Part shown: positions 54,521 to 64,000 of the stretch, piece after piece
Layout of the letters: each line of letters opens with the position of its first letter
Numbering within the stretch: position 1 is the stretch's first letter
From: Octopus vulgaris
Lineage: Eukaryota
Reading direction: 5' to 3'
NCBI GenBank assembly: GCA_951406725.2
Contig: OX597817.1
Coordinates: 137,516,001-137,580,000 of the forward strand
Length of the DNA: 64,000 nt
Made by a program: the position numbers and the translations under genes
The notes under the pieces: model-generated
Databases searched by the model: none
Seen by the model: the letters and a program-made list of their open reading frames with translations, nothing else
Told to the model about the DNA's origin: nothing

Positions 54521-54608
<88 letters not shown>

Positions 54609-54622
54609 GTGCGTACGTGCGA

Positions 54623-54650
<28 letters not shown>
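54225..54650. repeat. Long imperfect (TG)n/(CG) tract
   Basis: Directly visible. Confidence 0.95.
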
Positions 54651-54653
<3 letters not shown>

Positions 54654-55124
54654 ATCAGCTGCCAGTCTTGCTGTTATCGCGTTAAACAAGGCTTTTATCG
54701 TTCAGAATCGCCTCCATCCCTGCCAGAGCTTCCGTTCCTCGCTGTTATGAAACTGTAAGTCACAAGTCGGGGCTCATTCACCGGAGCAAATCATACGAAT
54801 TTTTGGCGCCCTTATTGATGTTCCTTACTGTTAATGCTTGTTGTTGTTGTTGTTGTTGCCGTTGTTGTTATTGCCGTTACTATTGTTGTTGCTGTTGTTT
54901 TTTCTCGTAATGGCTCCTATTTTTAACCGGACAATTCTCTTTTAACGCCCAGATGTAATTTATAATAACCAACATAACCAAAAGCATCGACTGAAACAAC
55001 AGCAATAAACCAGCAAGAGGACCCCTAAGTGGCCGCCCGGCCTGCTAGAAATAACAGCAAAATCTCTCTCAAATTACAAGCTACCACCTTTAAGGCTGTC
55101 GTATGTTCAAAAGTGAATATATAT

Positions 55125-55580
55125 TTTATCTTTGTTTCAATGATTAGAGTGTGGTGGTGGTGGTGGTGGGGGGCATTAGAATGAATCGACCCCCGTACTT
55201 TTATTGTTTAAACCTGGTACTTATTCTATCAGCTGTTCTTTGCCTAACCACTAAGTTGCGGCGCCGTAAACGCACCATCAACGGTTGCTAAGCGGTGGTG
55301 GGAGACAAACACGGACAGAAACGCGCGCAGATACCCAAACACTTACGCGAGCGCACACATACATGTGTGTGTGTGTGTGTGTGTGCGCGCGCGCGCGCGC
55401 GCGTGTGTGTGTATGTGTGTTCGACGAGCTTCTTTCATTTCCGTTTACCACATCCACTGACCAGGCTTTGATCGGCCCGTGGCTAAGGTAGAAGACACTT
55501 GCCCAAGATGCCACGAAGAGGGACTGAACCCGGAACCATTAGGTTTGGCAGTAAACTTCTTACAGTACAACCATTCCTAT
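55125..55580 (-). mobile_element. Family K SINE, diverged
   Basis: GGTACTTATTCTATC...GTAGAAGACACTTGCCCAAG...GGGACTGAACCCGGAACCA. Confidence 0.8.
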
Positions 55581-55920
55581 AGTAATTCAGGTGTTGCTCC
55601 TAGGAAGCAGAAAAATTGTATAAGGCGGATATAAGAAGCTAACAGTTTCTTTAAGGGGGTTGCCCTTAACAGAGGGAAGCACAAACATCAAACTTTTCTA
55701 CATTTTTTTGTCTTTTCATCTCTCAACAGCAAAATGAAGTAAAAAACAACAATAAATATTGAGGGTAAACTTATTAAAAAAATGGATTTACGGCAATTAT
55801 GTAAATTATAGAAATGTGTATTAATTTACGATCAATATGCATTGGTTTATCTTTCACATAGCTCAAATCGAACCCGCTTCTCCATGGTTTGAGTGCAACA
55901 ATTCTCCAACAATATTTCCG

Positions 55921-56719
55921 AAGGCGGTGAGCTGGCAGAAACGTTAGCACGCCGGGCGAAATGCGTAGCCGTATTTCGTCTGCCGTTACGTTCTGAGTTC
56001 AAATTCCGCCGAGGTCGACTTTGCCTTCATCCTTTCGAGGTCGATAAATTAAGTACCAGTTACGCACTGGTGTCGATGTAATCGACTTGATCTGTTTGTT
56101 TGTCCTTGTTTTCCCCCTCTGTGTTTAGCCCCATTGTGGGTAGTAAAGAAATAGGTATTTCGTCTGCCGTTACGTTCTGAGTTCAAATTCCGCCGAGGTC
56201 GACTTTGCCCTTCATCCTTTCGAGGTCGATAAATTAAGTACCAGTTACGCACTGGGGTCGATGTAATCGACTTGATCTGTTTGTCTGTCCTTGTTTTCCC
56301 CCTCTGTGTTTAGCCCCATTGTGGGTAGTAAAGAAATAGGTATTTCGTCTGCCGTTACGTTCTGAGTTCAAATTCCGCCGAGATCGACTTTGCCTTTCAT
56401 CCTTTCGGGGTCGATAAATTAAGTACCAGTTGCGTACTGGGGTCGATGTAATCGACTTAATCCCTTTGTCTGTCCTTGTTTTCCCCCTCTATGTTTAGCC
56501 CCATTGTGGGCAATACAGAAATAAGAAACGTTAGCACGCCGGGCAAAATGCTTAGCGGTATTTTATTTACCTTTATGTTCTGAGTTCAAAATCCTCCGAG
56601 GTCGATTTTGCCTTTCATCCTTTCGGGACCAATAAATCAAGTACCAGTTGCGTACTGGGGGTCGATCTAATCGACTGGTCCCCTCCCCAAAAATGTCAGG
56701 CCTTGTACCTAGAGTAGAA
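55921..56719 (+). mobile_element. Family M SINE tandem tetramer within one TSD
   Basis: Units ~55921-56154, 56155-56338, 56339-56524 and 56525-56719; AATATTTCCG at 55911-55920 and 56720-56729. Confidence 0.92.
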
Positions 56720-57159
56720 AATATTTCCGGACGAACTGGAGATTCCTCCCACCCCACGTCACCCCACACTACCCACCCCACTCTCCGTTTTCCCCGGAAT
56801 ATATTGAATTCGTCATATTTACGTTAGATATTAATAAAACTTGGCACGATAGGGTAGGGCAAATAATAGCGGATAATGTAATTACAAAATATATAGGGTT
56901 GGTTATAACTGGGATGTGTTTAATCATGGCCCTGCTTCATCAGCGATGGCCTGGGGCGATAAACAATTGCAACAACAATTTCGCTGAGTCTAATATTTGA
57001 ATTGTGGGAAATTAATAGAAAATGTTGTAAAAAATATTGTAAAAGAGCAAAGTGAGAAGAAAGGTCTAAACAGGAATGTAAGGAAGGGAAAATCAATAGT
57101 TATTAATAAGACATATATATGTATATATTGCCTTCCCCAGTCTTGTAACTTGTCAGCTC

Positions 57160-57215
57160 CGGATAAGCCGTCCAACCCATGCCAGCATGGTAAACAGAGG
57201 TTAAATAATGATGCT
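57160..57215 (+). mobile_element. Retroposon 3' tail fragment
   Basis: CCGTCCAACCCATGCCAGCATGG...GTTAAATAATGATG: stem-loop plus short-repeat tail. Confidence 0.45.
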
Positions 57216-57246
57216 GTATGCGTCTGTGTGTGTGCGTGCGTGTGTG

Positions 57247-57338
<92 letters not shown>

Positions 57339-57352
57339 AGAAAGATATATAT

Positions 57353-57446
57353 TAGAAGACACTTCTCCAATGTGCCACGCAGTGGGCCTGAACCCGGAAC
57401 CATGTGGTTGGTAAGCAAGCTACTTACAACACAGTCACTCCTGCGC
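57353..57446 (-). mobile_element. Family K SINE head
   Basis: TGAACCCGGAACCATGTGGTTGGTAAGCAAGCTACTTA. Confidence 0.85.
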
Positions 57447-57692
57447 ATAGTATTGTATATAGTGCCGAACATACATATTAACGCTAACATGTAGGCATAA
57501 TTTCTTCCATACTAAAATTGATACTCCAAGAAGAAGATTCCGAAACAGCCGTAACCTTATGGAAGTCACGTGGTTAAATGAATATACATTCACGTCTCAT
57601 ACCTCCTGACTTTATGGTTTTATAAATTCCTCATGAAATAATTTCACCAATTGGATGTTTTGGCTTTTCATCCCCATGCACACTCTACTATA

Positions 57693-57914
57693 CTGTAATC
57701 CCTCGCCATATCGCGGTTCACCTATCGCGGTTTATTAGTTAAACTTACGTCGATTCCTCCGTGGTGTTGTTTTGCATTTATAATAAAATAAATATATACA
57801 ACTTATCAAAACAATTTTTAAAAATATACAGTACAGTACTGTTTCTACTTGGCGGATTTTCACCTATCACGGGGTTTTGGGAACGTAACACCCGTGATAG
57901 TCGAGGGATTGCTG
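57693..57914. mobile_element. pogo/Tigger-like MITE, intact
   Basis: TA|CTGTAATCCCTCG ... CGAGGGATTGCTG|TA. Confidence 0.85.
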
Positions 57915-58584
57915 TACACTTCTTTGTACTTGATTACATTGTTGACTATAGCCGGGTCCGTTAGACGAGCTTTCTGTGATAGCCATATGATTCTATGAAT
58001 CCACACCTTATACTACTCATTCACACATACACTCGCTCGCGCGCGCACATACCTGTGTATTTATGTATAGCCGCGCCTTCTCTGTGAAGATCTCATAACA
58101 TCCTATTTTCATCTAAAATTCGATCAATTAGTTTCAAAACATCGTCCACTTCCATATCGACTTCGCTTGCTAAAAGTCTCATTAATTGATTTGTCATTTT
58201 TAGATTTTAAAATCCCCCTAGAGAGAGTTTACGTCTCCTAATTGCAAGGGTAATCTCAATTAACCGAAAAATGTCCACTTCTCCATACGACGTGTGTAAG
58301 CCCCTACTTAGGTCCCTCCTTTGAATCACAAGGAATTGTGTTGGGACAAGTTTTGTCCACTTTCTTTTCACTCTTATTCTCTTACGTATCCCGTCATGCA
58401 CAGCGAATGGCTCGATGTACAAACGTGAGTAATCACGTGCGTAGAGAACCTTGAAATGTCTTCTCCGCAAACTGTGTCATCGAGTTCAGCACTTAGAGTA
58501 GGTTACTTGGGAATAAGGTGACTTAATTTCTTCTCAGTACACACACAGGCATATATGTGTGTGTGTGTGTGTGTGTGTGTATAT

Positions 58585-58638
<54 letters not shown>

Positions 58639-58659
58639 TTATGTATGCATAAATGTATA

Positions 58660-58699
<40 letters not shown>

Positions 58700-58732
58700 A
58701 AAATATGTATATACATACATGCATATATACAT

Positions 58733-58839
<107 letters not shown>

Positions 58840-58871
58840 TAAATATATATTTATATACATACATACATATA

Positions 58872-59245
58872 TTCTTTTATTCTACTTTTCTTTAATTTGT
58901 TTGAGTTATTTGACTGCGGCCATGCTGGAGCACCGCCTTTAGACGAACAAATCGACTCCCAGGACTTATTCTTTGTAAGCTTAGTACTTATTCTATCGGT
59001 CTCTTTTGCCGAACAGCATCAGTTGTCAAGCGATGGTGGAGGGACAAACCCGCGCGCACATATACACATACACACACATGCGACGGGCTTCTTTCAGTTT
59101 CCGTCTACCAAATCCACTCACAAGCCTTTGGTCGGCCCGGGGCTATAGTAGAAGACACTTGCCCAAGGTGCCATGCACTGGGACTGAACCCGGAACCATG
59201 TGGTTTGTAAGCAAGCTATTTAGCACATAACCACTCCTGCGCCTA
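58872..59245 (-). mobile_element. Family K SINE, near full length
   Basis: Colinear with 33991-34396. Confidence 0.92.
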
Positions 59246-59269
59246 TCCATCTATCTATCTTTCTTTCTT

Positions 59270-59324
<55 letters not shown>

Positions 59325-59329
59325 GTCTG

Positions 59330-59450
<121 letters not shown>

Positions 59451-59457
59451 CTATCTG

Positions 59458-59492
<35 letters not shown>

Positions 59493-60724
59493 ATATATAT
59501 ATATATATATATATTTATGCTTACCTCCATACTTATACACATACGCACACGTGTATCGCTAATTTGTGTCTATATGCGTGTGTGGATGCTTGTGTATGTA
59601 TAAGTCTACGTTTGGATGTATGATAAAGATAGCCATGCCAGAATAAATCAAAACCGCCAACTCCTTCGCAGCAAACCAGTGAATCTCACACTTGTGTTTC
59701 GTTATAAGCAACGTTATGTCAAATGAACAAGTGCAAAATTACTTCAAAACCACTCTGGTGAGTCATAAAGACACTTTTATTCGCATTCTCTCTCTCTCTC
59801 TCTTCTTAGTTATTCTAAAGCTCCAATCCAAGCTGAATGTTCCCTCTATTGTAATATTAAGCTGGAGACGTTTTCTTTTCTCCTCGTCGACAAGTAGGTC
59901 TCTTATTGCAGTGTGTTCTTGATGACAGGCGAGCTGCCGTTTAGAACTGATAAAATATGCCTCATTGATAAAAAGTTTGAATTAAAACTGTCAAGCTGTG
60001 ACACAGTCTTAACAGAAAGGCGAACCTGTTGACCGTTTATGATATTGTCATTTAACAATGATACACAACACTTTTACAAATATAACACCGGATTTAATAA
60101 CTGATACGCAGGGACTTCAAATGAAACTTTCTTACGCCATAAATCATATACTTATATACACACATACAAACATACATACATACATACATACATACATACA
60201 TACATACATACATACATACATACATACACACATATGTACATATCTATCTCTCTATAGATGTATGTATATATGAATGTATGTATACAGGTATGCATGTGTA
60301 TATACTTTGTTGTTGTTGATTGGGTTATATAAATCAACGCATAATTAAAACTAAAACTTCGAATGAGTCTCACTTAATTCTATTAATCAAACGCGAGATA
60401 AATCTATTCATGGATTAAGCTGCCAGTCTATTACAGATAATATTCGCAGTAAACGGGTTCATATCTCGGTTAATTAGGTGAACATTACCTCTATTCAGTC
60501 TTTTAATCAACCAGTTCATTTAGACTAATTCATTCATTTCTATGGAATCATTTTAAATGTGTTGATAAAATTAGTTTAATACACGTTGAGCTGTGAGAGT
60601 CTCTACAATGGCTTCAGTAATGCAAACAAGCGGAACTTCCAACACTATATTTACTGTTCACTATGGTCACATATCGAACTGTAAATTCTCTCTCTCTCTC
60701 TCGCTCTCTCTCTCTCTCCCCCTC

Positions 60725-60776
<52 letters not shown>

Positions 60777-61158
60777 CAGTATATATATATTTTCTTTAAG
60801 TTTTAAGTTCTTCTTGAGAGTTCGAGCCGGTCGCTAAGAAAACATCGAGACTTTCAGAGTTAAGGAAGTTCCCGTTGTTTGTAAGTGTGTAGTTAATTTG
60901 GTTGAAATGTCGATGCATACATCCAAACGTGCGCATCTATTTCCCTAAAGAATCTCAGGTGGAGACTCTTTGGAATGGCTTACAAATCCTCACTGTGCCG
61001 CTGATTGATTGGATCTGGAGAATCCGCGCCAATTTCTTTTGCTCTTTCACCTTGAAACCTAGTAATACTAGGGTGTTGTGTAAATTTGTTGCTACATAAC
61101 CTAATGCACCTCTCATGAGTAATACAAATGTACGTATGTACATATATGTATGAATGAG

Positions 61159-61216
<58 letters not shown>

Positions 61217-61479
61217 TGAACGCCACGCATCCTCTTCCAAGTAAGTTTTATCTTAAATCTGATGCGAACTCTAGCTTTTTACTCTTTCGTTTTTCTTTCT
61301 TTCTCTCTCTTATCCCTTTACCTCCCCTTCTTCCACTATTCTATCTTATTACTCTGTCACTCTCTCCCTCCCTCACTCCTCCTCTCTTGCTCACGCGAAT
61401 TCCACGTGACCAAGGCCATCTTTCTTTCTTCTCCTAGCTTGGGTTTCTTTCTTTCTCTTCGTTGTAGCTGGAACAAGGA

Positions 61480-61836
61480 AGACGTATTCTTGTCTGTTTC
61501 TTGCCCAAGCTTGATTTATACGTTCGTCATCACAACCTCGTTTAGGCTTAGCAGCCTTTCCTGTTTGTGTTACCGATTTTGACCCTCCGCAAAATCCCAA
61601 ATTTTATTTAATTTGCTTTGCGGGAGCAATTGTTTTCTCGAAAGCGTATATTGTTGTTAAATGCCCGAAATACGAGAGTAGAAAAACAACCAACAACTGA
61701 TGACGGGTCATTCTTTATGCTGTTTGTCTTGTTTTCCATTTGTGTCTTTCTTTGTTCGAAAGAATACTTCATATAATCCATATACTCGTACTTCGTATTC
61801 TTTTGCTATACACGTTTCGTAACGTCCTGTGCCCAC
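61480..61836 (+). mobile_element. Family D-related element adjacent to (TA)n
   Basis: AACTGATGA...TTTGTCTTGTTTT...GTCCTGTGCC, similar to 11600-11715. Confidence 0.4.
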
Positions 61837-61839
61837 ATA

Positions 61840-61898
<59 letters not shown>

Positions 61899-62137
61899 GT
61901 ATAGATGTAATTATGTACATATACGTATGTATATATGCATATATATATTATATTATTATTATATATACTTGTGAAGAGAGAGAGAGAGATGAGGAAGAGA
62001 GACAGACAGAGACAGAGATCTCTAGTGAACCGAGCCTCCTCGAATTCTGCGGTCAACAAAGGGGCAATGTATCCCCCACGATGGGATGGATCTATCCAGT
62101 CAATTGTGATTCGATGAAATCATAAACAAAGATTTAA

Positions 62138-62955
62138 ATATTTTACCAAAATAGAGAAGACATCACTTTGAGTGAATTTGAACCCAAGACCTATGAGGTG
62201 GTAGTCTCTTGGACCATTTTTTCTCTCATACCTATTTTGGCGATACTGATTAAAACCATTATTCTTAGAGTTCCTAATTGGTTAGTTAACTTGTCCCTGT
62301 ATCCTTAATTACTCTACATTCCTGTCCATTTGATTTCATTAATAATTACTCCTCCGATACACATTAGCACATTTAAGCAATAATTAAATTCTTCCTTCAT
62401 TTCATTCCGTCCTATTATTCTCAATTTATTAACTCAACTACTGATTGTCTCATTAAATCCATTCAGGTTTCCAGTCCTTCATTGTGTTTCCCAGGTTAAC
62501 TCTTTAACTATTGACTCCCTTCTGTTCTGATATCTACTGAATTGAAGTGATAATGACGGAGTTCTCATACAGACTGATTAACGATAACATAGAAATTAAT
62601 CGACCAATTAGGAGCTCTAAGAATTAGGCATCTAATTAATATTGGCTTCAAGTTTTGGCAAAGGGCCAGCAATTTCGGGGAGTTGAGTCGATTACATCGA
62701 CCTCAGTACTAAACTGGTACTTATTGTATCGACCCCAAAAGGATGAAAAGCAAAGTCGACCCCGGCGAAATTTGAACTCAGAACGTAAGGACGGAATACC
62801 AACGATTTTACCAGCTCACCGCCTTATAGGTATAAGAGGCAAAATGGCCTAAAAGATAATGTAGCGACTACCAACTTGTATATCTTGAAGCTGGTTTTGT
62901 CAGCGCTTGGGTTCAAATTCACTCAAAGTGATGTCTTCTCTATTTTGGTAAATAT
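62138..62955. repeat. Large fold-back with ~150-bp arms; right arm interrupted by a family M SINE
   Basis: 62138-62188 is the near-perfect reverse complement of 62906-62955; further paired blocks are 62211-62235/62826-62849 and 62261-62289/62596-62626. Confidence 0.8.
62640..62825 (-). mobile_element. SINE family M (tail type B)
   Basis: GTCGATTACATCGACC...GCAAAGTCGACC...TTTGAACTCAGAACG...CCAGCTCACCGCCTT. Confidence 0.85.
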
Positions 62956-63004
62956 AGTTAACCCTACAAACCTAATTTCATCTAACCAATAACTGGTTTA
63001 GTGG

Positions 63005-63252
63005 ATCCCATCGTAGGAGATGTATGGGGTCTACACTGACCTTTGTCTACTTGGCGACTCAGTTGCCTTAGCTCAATATTATTTAAAGATTTCCGGTAAG
63101 GGAGGATCTGGAGTCTCAAGAATTCCAATCCTGTATTCTGCAACAGTTCTTCGCAGAGTTCTTAAGACATGCGTCTGCTGGCTGTGGACAGCTGACACTT
63201 TCCACCATACTCAGTAAAATAAGTCTAGGGTTTTAATCAGATAATGATAAGG

Positions 63253-63346
<94 letters not shown>

Positions 63347-63362
63347 CAACAATAATAATAAT
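63005..63362 (+). mobile_element. Possible R4/Dong-like LINE 3' end followed by (TAA)n
   Basis: ILYSATVLRRVL resembles the LLGTARILRRVL C-terminus of R4-clade ORFs; a short UTR is followed by a long (TAA)n at 63253-63362. Confidence 0.4.
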
Positions 63363-63441
63363 GAATCCACACGAGGAAAAATTGACTACACAATGCTCAA
63401 TACTGGTGTAGAGTAATACATATACACGCGCACATGCACAT

Positions 63442-63592
63442 AGGTGCAGGCGTGGATGTGTGGTAAGACGCTTGCTTGCTTCTCAATCTCATGATTTCGT
63501 GGCACCTTGGGCAAGTGTTTTTGCTACAACCTCGATTCGGCCAAAGCCTTGTGAGTGGATTTGGTAGACGGAAAGGGAAAGAAGCCCGTCGT
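63442..63592 (+). mobile_element. Family K SINE, 5' part
   Basis: GGCACCTTGGGCAAGTG...CCAAAGCCTTGTGAGTGGATTTGGTAGACGGAAA...GAAGCCCGTCG. Confidence 0.85.
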
Positions 63593-63664
<72 letters not shown>

Positions 63665-63680
63665 AGAAATGAGGTACTCA

Positions 63681-63859
63681 GAAATTCGGATGGTTTTATA
63701 TTTACAGATATTTATTTGTATATTACATGTTTTTATACATCCAATTTGAAAAGCCCACTAGAATGGGCGAAAGCGCTAATATATGATATATGTTATATGA
63801 TGTGTAAAAACATGTAATATACAAATAAATATCTGTAAATATAAAACCATCCGAATTTC
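63681..63859. repeat. Fold-back with 61-bp near-perfect arms and an HHR-like relic in the spacer
   Basis: 63681-63741 pairs with 63799-63859 (one mismatch); spacer TTGAAAA-GCCCA-CTAGAA-TGGGC-GAAA-GCGC-TA. Confidence 0.85.
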
Positions 63860-63898
63860 CTCTAATATAAAATACCTGTACATCATCTCCAAACCTTC

Positions 63899-63977
<79 letters not shown>

Positions 63978-64000
63978 TATATCTAAGTGTGTGTGTCTCC

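Noticed and set aside
55921-56719. CRISPR-like or satellite array
   Set aside because: The units are ~185-bp SINE bodies with no unique spacers, in a eukaryotic context with no cas genes.

Overview
AT-rich, extremely microsatellite-dense eukaryotic non-coding DNA, probably a large intron or intergenic region. The SINE families, the 5S fragment and the repeat landscape resemble an octopus/cephalopod genome (inference, not searched). I find no credible host protein-coding exon. Nearly all listed ORFs are microsatellite or SINE read-through, and the only real protein homologies are decayed transposon remnants: RTE-like and CR1-like LINEs, a possible R4/Dong 3' end, and two mariners. The window also holds at least four tRNA-derived SINE families, pogo/Tigger-like and hAT-like MITEs, a non-autonomous Helitron and a 5'-half 5S rRNA pseudogene. 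The most interesting signal is a set of short non-coding elements carrying minimal type-I hammerhead-ribozyme (HHR)-like motifs of the kind known from Penelope-like elements. One family joins a tRNA-like Pol III head, an (AAT)n linker and an HHR tail, and is inserted as head-to-head inverted pairs, once inside a single 14-bp target-site duplication (TSD). A separate SINE occurs as tandem multimers with a fixed junction inside single TSDs, and fold-back inverted duplications recur across the window. All motif calls are by eye; coordinates may be off by a few bases.
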